DNA from: Amphiscolops sp. MND2022
Lineage: Eukaryota
Assembly (NCBI GenBank): GCA_964187785.1
Contig: OZ076413.1
Coordinates: 43,588,001-43,652,000 of the forward strand
Direction: 5' to 3'
Length of the DNA stretch: 64,000 bases
The notes beneath the pieces are model-generated. The model ran no database searches. It saw only the letters and a list, made by a program, of their open reading frames with translations, and was not told where the DNA came from. Below are positions 25,547 through 39,500 of the stretch, piece by piece. The translations under genes were made by a program, and so were the position numbers. How positions within the stretch are numbered: the stretch's first letter is position 1; the number at the start of each line of letters is the position of its first letter.

Positions 25547-27570
25547 CATTAACAAAATCCATGGAAACAAAACTTTTGCCGAGATCATGGTTTGAACTTT
25601 TAAGGGACATTTGAGAAATCTTCTGGTAAGTTCGAAAAAGTTGTCCAAATGAAATCTATTTACATTAGAGATGATAGTTTAAGAGTATAATTTTCTCACT
25701 ATTGAAACCAAAATTTGTTTTGCCTTTCGGATCCACGAATCCAGACAATCCTGGTTTGAAGTAATTTGGTGACATTTTGGCACCGAGTATGGTTTAAGGG
25801 AAAAACCAGCTTGTCGAACAATAGGATGCATCTTTGATTTGCGAATTTTGCAAAGTTTTGTGCAAAACTTTGAATATTTATGTATTTATCCTAACGGTGA
25901 TCGATTTCGGCCTGCACAAATTTCAAAATGACCACCGGGTTGGCCTGTGATGAAAAACAAGGTAGCCACTAAAGGTTGTCATCGAAAACCAGATTTGATC
26001 ATTTTTCAGAAGACTGGAAAGGGTTTTGAGAAGCTTGGAAGATTGGAATGGAGTACAAAGTCTATGGAATCCGGCTCGTGTGATTGACCTTATCATCTTA
26101 GTTCTACTCGCGTTTGTAACCACTTGACACCTGTGTCCTTCATATTCTGATGTCTGAGATGTGTCAATAATGTTCGGCAAATTCAACCTCTTCACAAGTA
26201 ATCCATTTTATTTCATCACTAAAAATTTTGGCAACTTCTGCAGTTAAATACCAATGCATCTTTTCGGCATTTTAACAATGGTTAATTTCATCAGAGCATT
26301 GAATCTAATTATGGAACGAATACAGCTGGAAGTTCGGAAATAAAATGACAGAAAACTTGCATTTTCAAATAAAATAACCAGGGTTAGCTCATCGGATCTT
26401 TGACTACAAATCAGTGTAATTTATTGTGAATTTCTCGCATCTTTCAATAAAATTCCGGCATTTTCTGACTATTTACAAGATATTGTCAAGAGTTTCGGGA
26501 GAAAAGCTAATAGATGTGAATGAAAAAAAAACAAAACCCCTTGCTAACTGAGGCTTGATCAGCGTACCTATTATCCTGCAGCTGTTCACGATACCATCGA
26601 AGCTATCACGTTCTGAAATGCAATATTTTGTGTTGACCCATAACCAACACTTCCAAGAATGATAGCATAGCTGCGAAGGGACTGCGAAGGGTGATAAAGT
26701 GATCGAAAACAAAATTACTGCTTGTAATGCAAGCTATTTCCCGAGACTCTTAAGACTCTTACATAAATTCCTAGTAAGGGATTCGAGATGTTTTTTGAAG
26801 GAAGAATTAAGAGGATCTTATCGAGACTTTTAGGATTAAATGGAAATTTGTGGAAATACCCAAGATCTTGGCAAGAGCTTCAAGATAGTCTGCACTGGGG
26901 GTAGTAAACTGTGGAACAAGAAACCACCATCTGTCTGCGAGTCAACACGAATGTTGAGAGGGGTAACATCGTGTGTGTTTTCAAATTGTCATAAGACTCT
27001 GAACAGAGGCATCGCCTTCTAAACAGAGGCAGTGTGGCTTTCACGGAGCATCTATAAAATAGTGTTATTCCATGGTTGACTTCCATACACAAAAGTAAAG
27101 GAATGATATAAAGTCTTATATAATAAAGAAATTTGTTTCAATTATACCATGACCAAAAAAAAGAGAAAATATAATGACTATAGTATGGGCATTGTGAGAT
27201 AATCATGTTTTTCATATCGTTGTTTTTTTATGGACCACATGTATTTCATACAAAGTATGTGGTTTTAAAAAATGGCATAACGCTGTCAAAGAACACTGTT
27301 GTTGAATAATTTACTTTTCACTCCTAAACCATTGTACCTTTTTTAAAGGAAATGCGAAAATTTTTCATCGAAAACATTATCACAACCATCATTTTTCAGG
27401 ATCTGTTACTGACTTATTCATGATTGGTCCCGATTGTAAGCACAAATTTTGCTGAAAAGTCTGTATGGCCGCAACAAAAGTTAATACTCACATAAAATCG
27501 ATATGAATGGTTCTGTGATGTCTATAGATAGCTTGTGTATTCGAACACATGCAATCCCAGGTTGACCATT

Positions 27571-27690
27571 CATGGATTTCCATCCATGATTCATCCATGA
27601 TTCATGGACGCACCATGCCGAGAATCATTCCATGATCTTGGCATGGTAGCCATGATCTCATGGATGATCATGGATGGAAATCCATGAGCC
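27571..27690. repeat. CATG-rich foldback/MITE-like palindrome
   Basis: CATGGATTTCCATCCATGAT ... ATCATGGATGGAAATCCATG inverted arms; related CATG-rich stretches at about 8230-8330 and 8720-8860. Confidence 0.65.
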
Positions 27691-29389
27691 ATGGCTGAAA
27701 AATTTGAAACGGGCCGTTCCGATAGCCAAAACTGACTTCAAAAAAGATGGATATGGTCCTTTTTTGACCACTATCCATTACTTGAGCTGAAACAAAATAG
27801 AGCTGAAACAAATAGCTGAAACAAATCCATTGAGCTGAAGTTAGAAGCATAATGTCGGACATTCAGTTCAACTGAAAGCAAAGCATTCAGTAATTGAAAA
27901 ATGTCCTTATTCTGGGTTGGAGGCTCTCTGCTAGTGCGATATATTATAGATATACCACACGTGACAGGACTCACGACGAGAACTTGGCCTCCGACGAGTC
28001 CCAAAAAAGTAACATCTCAATTGGAAAGAGGTGTTTTGTAGCAAGATTTCTCGAAAAAAAAAGACACGAAGACTGTAAAACTACAGTACGATTCATAGGT
28101 ATTAGACCACATAGATGCAGAATTAATAAATCTTTTGCTTTCAACGGTAGTAGAACTGGCGTGATCGTAGGTTCCACCCTCAGCCTTTACAACAGGTTGT
28201 GTAAAATTTTTGAGTGTGAAGAAACTATTTAACTATGATTGTTTGGGGAAGAGATGAAACTCATTTTATAAAAGTGAAGGTCGAAGAATTATGAACAACT
28301 GATTTCCACTAAATGGAGTTGAGTTGTTTTAACTCTACTTTAGTCTCTATTTTAGGAACTGAGTGAAAACGAAGTTTCCACAAAAGGTACGATGCAGTTG
28401 ATATCTGTGAAGAATTGTCTGATTGAAAACGTGATCTCCGAGCGGTTTTTCAACAAAAAAGACAATTCTCAAAAACCCAAATGATTCTTTGGAAGTATTT
28501 ATTATTTAATTCAGAAAAAAAAGAACACCTTCGGCTGACGTGGCTATTATGAAACGTGGCCCAGAAATATGATTTTAGACATTGACTCAAGTTTGTAAAA
28601 CTAATTTGAGACTGTGGCAATTGCATCAACTTGTGTTAAACCTCGAATTCAATCTATTCAACACCTAAACCATGTTTTATTCCTGTAACCAAAGCACAAA
28701 GTACTTTATTAATTTCATTTCTTCAATCAAGTTTCTTCTTCAAGCAAAAGGAACCTGTCTCAACAACCCTGAGCAGAAAACGTTTAACAAAAGACCAATA
28801 ATCACATCGATGCTTTATAAAGAAACAGAAAAGTTCGAACAATTCAAAAAAGGGGACAATATACTTGATACAATATGTTACAAGCATTAGCGTCTCTAGC
28901 AAATTATTGGTCACAAAGTTGTGTTATCATGCTAGCGACCGAAAAAAACACCTGTTTTATGAGCGCTAATCGGAATCATGGCGCCATTCAATTGTTTTTA
29001 CTTCCCTGGTTGAAACTGCAGGAACATTTTACATGTTGCAGGCCTGCATGCAGGGTAGTTTTTTTTAAAAAAAGCCTAGAAAATTCAGTGAACTTCGGAT
29101 GGTAAATCATGTAGAATTACACTGCATTTTCCGCTACGGCAATTCAAATTGAAAATAAATTCCATTTCACCACCGACACGATCACTTTGTATTAACACTT
29201 TGTTTCTCAACTTCTCACTTCAAGTGTGGGATATTTGGAAAAAGTGCCCACAAGAAGTGCACCAAAAAGATGGCGGAAAGTGGCGGAAAATGAAATGTTA
29301 AACCAGGAATTGTATTTTTCTTTCCATTGTAAAACCTAAAAGTGATCATTTACCTAAATACTGCAACAAACCTATTTATGGCATTTGGT

Positions 29390-29454
29390 CATTTTGAATT
29401 ATTGCATCAGATGTTATCCTTGCAAGGACAACATCTGATGCAATGAATCAAAAT
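29390..29454. repeat. imperfect palindrome, about 32-bp arms
   Basis: ATTGCATCAGATGTTATCCTTG|CAAGGACAACATCTGATGCAAT centred at 29422/29423. Confidence 0.85.
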
Positions 29455-29589
29455 AGAATCTTCTCATTGCAAAACTGTTTGTTTCAAGTTTCGCCTTCCA
29501 CTTGAGTGAGAGTGAAAAAAAAACTATAGTCAGGCCAAACTTTAATCAAATAGTCTTTCAGTGAGAAGTTTCTATTCTTTGTAACTAGA

Positions 29590-30139
29590 AACAAGCCGTG
29601 AACGGACCAAGTCGGCGCCATACCTAAGGCTCAAAAATAACAAAAGGACTTCAAAGTGTCAAGTATTCTCTTCTACAGTACCCGCGTGCGAAAAAAATTG
29701 GAAACAATCCCACATTTTTTTGTTTTTTTTTCGAATTTTTTTGGTCTCCGGTAAGTTGCATAGTGCCGAAAAATGTAAAAAAAAGGGCCCTTCGGAAGGT
29801 TTTAAACATCAATTCTTTTGCAAAATAGAAAAAAATGAAGGGGGACCCTTTGGAGACATTAAAAAAATTTGCGGAAAAAGTCTCTCAAAGCCGAAAAAAA
29901 ACCTGCACAAAAAATGTTTGGTCAAGGGCAGGACTCGAACCCACGTCCTTCTGCTTGGCAGACCTCAAAAAAGCCGTAAGCTCTATGCCAAGTGCCAGTA
30001 GAAGTAGTGTGGCACAGTTTAGTGTTAGTGCAAGTCAGCTTATAACGCTTATAAAATCTGTCAGTTCTTTGGTCTTAAAAAAAAAAGAAAAAAGTCACTG
30101 CTATAGTCTGCGTTTTCTACGAAAAACGCCGACTAAAAA
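29590..30139. mobile_element. DINE-1/HINE-like element, copy C
   Basis: Same termini; carries an internal tRNA-like B-box segment at about 29918-29965 on the minus strand. Confidence 0.7.
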
Positions 30140-30381
30140 CTGATACTTGCTCAATGATATTTACTTAGCGAGCCCAATATAAACTGGCACAAAGCGTTAT
30201 CGTTGAACCATAAAAGGTTTTGCTTGGACCATAAAACAACTGTTGCTGTTTTCCAAGACAGTAAAATACAAATCCTTACATTTCCCGAACCAGACCAAAG
30301 TTTAATAGAAAAAACCTTGGACTGCATTAAAAGTACAAAGTAGTCATGAGTGAAGAACGAAATGAATTGCAAAAGTTTGAA

Positions 30382-30387
30382 TTTATT
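30382..30387 (-). terminator. putative polyadenylation signal AATAAA of the vitellogenin-like gene
   Basis: TTTATT on + strand about 170 nt past the stop codon. Confidence 0.55.
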
Positions 30388-30558
30388 CATTAGCGTTGTG
30401 CATCATATTCATCTAGATGAAATCAGAGTTGAGTTTTGTGCACTTTTGAAGTTAAGATTGAGAATTGTTTGCGAGGTCATCCGTGCCAGTGGTCTTCGTT
30501 TGAGGTCAAATAGCCAGGGTCGCGGCAGTGGCGGGGAGTAGGGCGAGGGGGGTGTTAG

Positions 30559-33500
30559 TCAACACTGGCCAGTGGAGTACTCCCGGATGAAGTCTTCCAC
30601 TGAGGACGCTATCTCCATGTTCTTCAGCACGAGGTCGTTGTGCCACTCGCCGTTGTTGTCTCCACACAGACCACACAACTTGTTCTTGTACCAGAAAGGT
30701 GCCTGCAACCAAATTGAACATCAAAATTACGAAAGATTAAGAATGATACAATATACTGATGTCAATAATGTACATCAGCTACTCCGGTTTCATGCGAAAT
30801 TTCTCCAAGAACTCTACCGAGAAATCAGGTTTTTAAAATCTCTTGACAAAAAGTTTCGAAAACTTTTTTTTCAAAAATGCAATTGTGGCACTTTTTAATG
30901 TAGTCGATATCCTTAACAGTAAGAAATTTTCTAAAACTTAATAATAGAGCTTAAAGCACGAATAATAGATACAGCTCAAATCAGTTTTCTGTTCCTGAAA
31001 GCTCTTTACCTAAGCTTTTCAAATGCTTCGCCGGACCTTTAATATGTCGGTCGTACTCATAGCTGATGTTTCATTCAAAAGACTTCTTTCTATATGCGCT
31101 TTCAATGGTGGCCTCCTATGTTACTGGAGTGGGACAGTAAATTAGCAAACAGCTGCTCCGTTATTGAGAAGCACATTTTTTGAAATGTATTTTTTACAAA
31201 CTTCCACTTTTCCCAGTCACTGTTACAAACCGGTAACGGTTACTTTTTTGCCGGTGGCTGGAAAAAAACTATATTGACACAAATAACAACTCACCCCAGA
31301 TAGTCCAATAGATTGTTGATTAAAAAAAACAAATGTTGGTTTTCCTATATGCTTTTTGCGTTTCTTAATTTTTTATTGATTGCGAAAAAAATCGCTGTCC
31401 TCATTTCAGAACGAAATCACTGTCGAGTTTATAATGCTAACGGCGAAAGCAATGAAGTCCTTGTGCATGGAGATCTTGACTCCCTCAATTCTGAGCTTGA
31501 GGACGAGTTTCTTGAAAGAGGTGAGTGTGTTGGTTCCCTCCACGAAGGGTGTGATCTGCCCCGTGATGTGTTTAGTGTCGAATGTCTCGTAGGTGTAGCC
31601 ACCCTCCATTGTCACCTTCTTCAGGGTCACCGGCTTGGAGTCCACCTTGATGATGAACGAGTCCTTCGCTCGCACGATCTCCACTTCGAAAGTGGGAGTT
31701 CTCAGATGCACAACCTGAAAGAAATCATCAAGCTTCCATCAAAATAGAATCACATGTACAAACTTTTTCAAAGGTTTGAACTTCTTTGCGAAAATGTTAT
31801 TGCCTTACGTCCATTAAACGTTTGCTTCATTTCACCCTTTCGATGAATTTCGAGTCACTTATCGTTTACCCTTCTGCGCGGTATAGTTGTTCATCAAACG
31901 AGACTACTAACTGGTGTTTTGACGTTCTTTCCTGATCGAACAGACAATTCGAAAGTGTTCTCGCTGGTGCAGTCTTTGGCCAGAATTCGTTCACAGTCTT
32001 TCACTTCTTTGGGCAAGTGGAACATGACTCGGTCTGTCGTTTCCATGCTCATGTTGCCATCCAATCTGCAAATTCCGTACTCGTAGATTCCTCCCAAGTT
32101 GAATCTCAGGGGCACTCCAAACTCACCCATATTTTGCACAGGCAGGTTCTCAACTGGGGTCGTGATCAGGGGAACGAATAGAGGCACGTTGGTGAATCTC
32201 ATCTTGGATGTTCGGTGCAGTGACGTAATGTTCAGCTGAGTCAAATGCGGGTGCATGTCCAAGATGTGTCGAAACGCAATGACGTCATCTTCATTCACTG
32301 GCTTCATGTACTTGGAGAGAAGGGTCATTTCGGAAGAGAGAAGGTCAGGGGTCACATGGTCAATCATGGGGTGAGACTCAACCCAGTTGTGGCAAGAAGC
32401 GATGATGTAATTCATGGTGTCGATTATGTAATCAACATAAGGCTCATTTTCCTAAAACACACAATATTTCCAGCATGAAATGGGTAATATAGGTCGAATA
32501 GGTAACACTATTTCCATTAAATAATCAATTAGGTGAACCATGTGGTCAATTGGAACCTTGAAAAAAATGTATAAAGCTGAGTTTTTTAAGTCAATGTGTG
32601 ATTTTTCAGTGATAGCAATTGTTCAATCGCTGGGTAATTTTGATTCGTTTCAACCCATCTGGAAGCATTTTTTAACCTATTCACGAAACTGCGAGTCACA
32701 TAAGATGAGGGGTGGGTGTAGTGTCTGACCTTTTTGGTGAAGGCCTTGAGGTCAATGAGGCTGAGGGTGTTCCTGGAGAACATGCACTTGGAGCAGGAGA
32801 TGCTGTCGAAGAGAGAGGGGACTCCTGGTCGGTTGTTTGGCCCAGAGGAGAAGCACTTGGCACACTCGGTGCCTGAGAGGGTCTCGTCCAACAACTCCAT
32901 CTCCTTCTGCAGCTCACTCTTTCCCAGACTCAGCTGAAACACACCATCACTCTCACTCACGTACAAACTAATCTAATTTAATCTTCACTTGTTGGAATCA
33001 TTGCATAAATGAGTAAAGGCATAAACATTAGCATTATCGTAAATATGAAAGTATGCAATACGATTTTTAAAGTTCCAATGTTAATGCGGCTCCATTAAGA
33101 TCTGGTAGAACTTGATGTCTTGAAGTTCAAGTGAACATCGTTCAAATAATTCAACATTTCAGAATTCACAATCTCATTAAATTGATTAATTTTTGCATAC
33201 CTTGAGAACGATGTCTTGGTCCTTCTCGTTGTACTCCTCGTTGACTCCCCATTGAAGGGTGAGCACCTCGTCTATCTCCTTCTCCTCTGCGGCTTTCATC
33301 CAGGGCAGCACGGAGAACAGGGGTGCCCCCATCTGCTCAGTGGTCAAGAACACCCTGATGACGTCATTGTTGCCAGTGAACACGGGGGTGATCTCCAGGG
33401 TCATGTCAGGGACCTTCACGTTGGTTGTGCCGGGCAGTCTGGTGATGAGTTTGATGTCAACTTCTTTGGTCATTTCTGGCACTCTGGGATTCAGGGTTCC

Positions 33501-36500
33501 AAAAAGTGAGACTAAAACAAAACAAATTGTTTTAAGCAAATTATCAAAGAGATCAAGACGTTAAAGTTTTAATGCTCCTTATATCTTCGAAGCATTTAGC
33601 TTGACTCTGAATAATGTTCTTTCGCAGTGTCCGATTCAAGACTACTAGCTTTCTGATAAATTCTGTTTGGGTTTCTGTTTCAGTAATTAATACATGATTC
33701 AGCAATCTATTCAACTTTTACTTTACAATGTATAGTGTTTCAATGTGCTTTTCTTCACTAACTTTCAATATGTTCTCTGTTGATGTCTTCCAGTTTGAGC
33801 ACTGTCTTGAACCCATAAGGCTTGACGTCATGGTGGGGGAACTCGACTGTGAGCACGTGTCTCCCATCCATCGGCACCTCTCCCCTCCTCACACTGTAGT
33901 CCACTCTCGGCTGCACTGACGTCACAAGCAGTCCGTTCACGTCGAAAGTGTACTAAAATGCATTTATAACTAAGTTATAAACAGAGGAAAAATAAACATG
34001 TTTCATATTCACGCGAAAATGAACGAGAACTTGGTTTTCTTATATTGTTTAAAAAATCGACATGTTTTTCGAAAATAAAAGCATGATGTGTAGAAAACTA
34101 TGGAACGTTTTGCAAAAAACTCTTTTGATCCTCAATTTATTTTCTATTTATCAATTGGCTGCATAAACAATCAAGCATTGCCTGTATTTTTCCATTAGAG
34201 TTACAGCGATCTCTGAGCCGATTCATGTGCTACGTAACTAGAACTTTGAAGTACCTTTTGTTCATTGGTCTGCATGATAGGATGGATTTGCACTTCGTTC
34301 ACGTTGACCTGCATGTCCTTCGTGTCCTCCTTCAGAAGATGACGCAACTTGACCTCCACAGACTTGAGTTCAATGACCTTGAAGTTGTCCAGGTTGTGTG
34401 TGTTGAACACTTTGTCCTCTGTGTCCCAGAAGAACTCCAGGCCGTACTTCTTGTCCACACTGTTTCCTGTGATGATGATGGTGTGGGGCACAATCACTCG
34501 GCTGTGCATGTTCACTCCTCGTGACGTCATGAAGCTGCCAAGCTCGATCCCGAAGACCGCTTGGTTTTTGATTAGGTTTCTGAAAAGAAATTGGTTCGTC
34601 AATAAGAAATGTCGTGAAAAACTTATACTCTTCTGTTACATTTTAGATTTTTCAGAGCAATTTTTGGATGTTCCTGAACCTATAAATTCTAACTGAAATT
34701 GTTCGTCTTGAGCGCATTACGCACCTTGTAAACAGTAAGGCATCGTGATAACAATTGGATGAAAATTTCCGTCCAAATTAATGTGTTTCAAATTTTTTAC
34801 TCCATTTTACCTGAGAGTGATGTCTTTGGCCCAAACAGAATCTTCAGTGGTCAGTTTGGAGTCTTTGATTTGGATGCTCGTCATGGTCATGGTGCTCCAC
34901 AGCAGAGAAGTGGGTACTCCCATGAGAGTCTGCACCTGTTCTCTGCCCAGCAGAATCGGCACCATAGACAGTCGGTCAGTCTCGCCCACAAGAACCACTT
35001 TGGCCGCAATTTGCGCAATCAGGTCTTCTACTGACTCGGGGTTCATTCTGATTACGCCCAATTCATTTCCAAATGCCTTCAGGAACATGTATCCCTTCGT
35101 TTCCTCAACTGGTCGTGGCGTGATGTGATCGTCGTGCAAGATAGAGGACTGAATATGTTGCAATTCGCCAATGATCTTCGTTGAAATTGTTTCTGGGATT
35201 TTATCTGCAATGAATGTCATAATCTTGGTGTACAAGTCTCGTACCAAATTGTCTGCGCCCTCCAGCCGGATTCCAGCATCCATCATTTCCAGGAAAATGT
35301 TGCAAAGAGTCTGAGATAGTCTCAAGTAGATTGTTCGGGGTAGAGCTTGATTATGCGTCATAACAGTGTTGATGGAAAGGAAGTCGACGAGTTTGCCCGC
35401 TAGAGGTCGAAGCATCAATTCCAAGTTCTTGGAGTACATGATTCCGTCTTCGAATCGTTTCATGGTGGGCAGAAGAGTTCGGGCTGCGATGTGCCTGTTG
35501 ACGAAAATGCATAATTAAAACAATGGTATTTGATTAATTTAGCTGGTAATCGAAACAAGACTTGGTTGTCTAAATTTCGTTCTTGGATGCTCTAATTTGT
35601 CTCAATGAACCATTGTTCCGGTGCTTAAAGCATGAAACCAGAAATTCAGGTTGAGTTTAATGAACAGTGCATGAAAAAAGACGTGAAAAAAAATATTTGA
35701 TTACTCACAAGTCTTCGGTGGCTCTCATTAAAGTCGGCATGTTGACCAAATTTTCCAGGTAAGAGAAGACGTAGTTTCCGAACTGCTTGTCGGTTTCTTC
35801 GCTCATGTGACTCACAAGACTCGTGAGCATCTCTTTTGTGGGGAACCTGTCAATTAGAAGGCTGAAAGCCCCAATTCTGAGCTCCACGTCGTACAAGTTC
35901 TTCTCGTTTCTGAAGATTGGCATCAGAATTGTCTCCACTTTTTTGTTTTCGGGGCATCGACGAATGGAAAAGATGGCGTTGAATCGGTTTTCCATTTCAT
36001 TTTGTTCGTTGTTCACTATTTCTGAGGCCAAGTTGGTGAAGTCCAATCCGCTATTGCCGATGGCTTTCAAGATGATTGTTTTCCTCTCAACAGACTTGGT
36101 TCGAGCGTATTCTTGCGTGAAAAACTAAAACAATTAAGTATTTGTCATCCACTTTAATATCATGTTTCATTTTTTTTGTGAAATTGTTGCTCATCTTGTA
36201 CTTGGTGAACTGATTTTGAAAATATAGCTTCAACTATGATACGTTAATGAGAGCAATGAGAGAGTTTGTTTCATAATAAATCTTGACAACCAATAATCTA
36301 CAACTCTCATCATTTCGCATTTTTATTGAACTTTGCTGCTTTGAATTACGCACACGCTCTTGAATTTTTCATTCCAATTTTGTTTTTCCGTGTAGCCACG
36401 TGTTTTCTGTTCAAAGGTATTTTCTCAACCGCACATGTAGCAGTTGTAAAGTCCCCTCGACACTAACGTTGACGAATTCAGGGGTGAGTTGTTTGCAGGG

Positions 36501-39500
36501 ACAGACGGCATCGTCCTTGGGGCATCTCTGTTCGTAGTCGTGTTTGCACAGGGCGTACATCTGGGTGCCGATGGTCAGCAGCAGCTGCTCCACAGTGCTC
36601 TCCTCGCCCGCCTTCTTGTCCGTGTACAGCTTCTTCAGACTCCTCACAGACTCCTCGGTGGCCAGGGCACCAGTGGTGATGCCAGTCAAAATGATGTCCA
36701 GCTCCTCAGTCTCCAGCGACGCATCCAGGGTCTTCAGAGAAGCGATCATCACCGGGGATCCACACGCTCCAATTGCGTTGATCATCAGAGGGCGCATACT
36801 GAAATCAGGCAGGCAAATTTCTTTCTAAATTGAGTTTCCAAGGTTCCATTCTAGAGTCTTCTAGATTCAATTCTTCAAATTTTTGGTGAAAGAACAAAAA
36901 AGTACGGTTGTTAGATGCTGCAGACTTTTGAGTGGAAGATGCAGATTTTGTTGAATACTTCAAGGTTTGCCTTCGATAATTATTTGAAATAGTTTTGCTG
37001 TTTTATGATTTTTTTGTTTTCTAAGTCTACTTCTACATGCATATATCCTTATGACGCAATGATTACTACGCAAAACTAACAGTTTGGTTTGTGGTGTAGA
37101 GACGAAGTCGATGATTTGCTTGAAGGAGTCTTGTTTTTTGAGGAATCTGAGGGTGCTGATGATCATCTGGAACTCTTCCAGGGTCTCCAGGTTGAAAGTG
37201 GGGTCAGTGTCCGATTCCACCATCTGCACAATTCTCGTGGCCAGCTTCTTGATCAGCTGCACGTTGGTCTCTTCCGAGGTGAAGCCAGTGTACACGTTGT
37301 TCTGCTCCATTGTCTTCTCCAGGGTAAAAGGCGTGAACAAAGTGTCCCTTCTCTTTACCATGGTGTCAGGCATCGGCAAAATTCCATTGGTTTCTTGCAT
37401 GAATTTCACTTCTTGTCTAGAAACATAGACATTTATAGGCATTAGTCGTCACAATTGCGTCAAAGACGCTCTTAGTTACAATTTTGTTCCGGATACTACA
37501 ATGTTTATTTTGCAATTTTGAAGTTTACAAGTGTCTGGCTGTTTTTTTGCACAAAACACAAAAAAGTCTTGGCGGTTCGTATTCGAAGGTTCCGGTGTTT
37601 TAAAGCAAAAAATGGTATTCAGTTTAAAAGTATTTTACACGTCTTCACCTTGTGTACACAATGTTCTCGGTCCTGGCACCCAAGTGAGTGAGAGTTGTGT
37701 ATCTTGCTTCGGACACGAGGTCGTGGAGGAAAAGATGGTGCTCGCATTCAGTTACGTTCATCTTCGTGACCAATGAGGATTGCAGGAAAGGTGTTCGTTC
37801 CTCTGGGCGTTCCAGAGTGAAGATTGCATCTCGGCTCAGAGCAACATCTTCACATTCGTCCAGAGTGAACACTTTAGTCACAGTCATGATGTCTGCGTCA
37901 TTCGGCTGCTCCATGATGTCATAAGTGACGTTGCAGTTTTTGCCAACGATGGAGTCCTGTAATTAACCATTGGAAGCGAATGTTTCTCTAGACATGCACA
38001 AAAATTTCAGAAAATGGTTAACGCTATCACAAATTGCATTCATATCTTATCATTCAAAAACATAGAAACTTTGGATATTTAAGAGAGTCGTTTCCATTTT
38101 TCTATTTTTGTTTTTGTTTTCAAAATGTCCTACTTAACATACCTACATTAAGTTGTCTTCGAGCGGATTTCCAAAATCAAAACATATTAAAGAAAGCAAG
38201 AGAAGTTTTCTTTCCTCAAAATCACTTGCTACCTCGAGTATGCTAACGAATAGTGGGTTTACAAGAGTTACCTCAGTGAATCGTTTGACTTTGTCGTCAT
38301 CGTCCAACTCGGGGATCTGGAACTTCTCAATGATGCCAGTGAGTATGTCGAGGATCCACTCTGGCATGTCCTTCTCTGTGTGGATGTCCTTGATGACTCC
38401 CTTCACGCGGGAGAAGGAGACGGGTCGGGAGAGGAACGTGTCCAGCTCTTGTTCCACTTCTGTGGGCAGGGTGAGGAACTGGATGGGGTCATCCAACGCA
38501 GTCTCCAGGTCAGGCACACGGTCAACGGGCAGAGTGGTCTCGGAGTTCAGGTCAATCACTCGAAGCACCGGGTGGTCCAACTGAAACAATTTATAGCAAC
38601 ATACTTCAAAGAACAGTACAACTATTCACTTCAAAAAGCATGTAATCAATTATTGCTATTAATCAAGAGCTATAGCTAATATGTATTCATTCAAACATTT
38701 ACCAATTCTTTCAAACTGAAAAATACATTTTTGGCGTTGTTTCATTTCACAACTTCAAAACCAATTTTCTCCTAAAGATCAAACACTGTTTCGACCAACC
38801 ACATGTTATATCTGAAAGGAGTTTGTTTGTAAATATTGTTTACCATCATGGTGAACTTCTGCATGCATTCGCAGACGGGGGCCAGTGGTCCAATCACGTG
38901 GTGAGTGCACCTGCAGTCGCTTTGCTGTGTCATCTCCAGGTGAAGGGGGCTCCACATGATGATGCCTGTGCGTCCATTGCCCAGAGAGGGCACCCCACTC
39001 ACTGTGTACTGTTTCAGTTGGTGCAAGTACACCTTGTCCTTTTCGTAGCCCCCGTGTTCGTCATCATGAGTAGTCATATCCATTCCCAATTCCGTGGTGG
39101 AACGAGTGTGGATGCGACCAGCATCTGAAACACAAGTCAGAGTGTGTTTAATGAACATTGAGCTCAACTGTACAGGGCTTTGGTTCAAGTATTAGATTAC
39201 AATCTGATTGTTTATTGAAACTTGATGATGTAATGTCGTTAAGTGTTTCGAAAATACTTAAGCTCTTCTTTGTTCTAATCAAATTAGGAAAAAAAGCCAT
39301 GCTTATGTTACAGAAAATCTTTCAAGAGCTCTGATTCTTCTAAAAAAGTTTCTGAAAAATTTCAAAACGCTGAAAAAAAATCAAGAAAACAGTTTCGAAG
39401 AATGGTGAAGCTAGTTCCAAAATTCTCTGTTTTTTTATTTTGTTTTCTGAAGTTTTCCAATGCTTTGAAATTTTTCAATAAGTTCTGTAGCTTGATGGCA

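Noticed and set aside
27740..28260. Possible MULE-like transposase relic
   Set aside because: Too decayed to assign
28660..28910. Possible hAT dimerisation-domain relic on the minus strand
   Set aside because: Only a faint resemblance (SFVKRF..RRNL..KYF) across frameshifts
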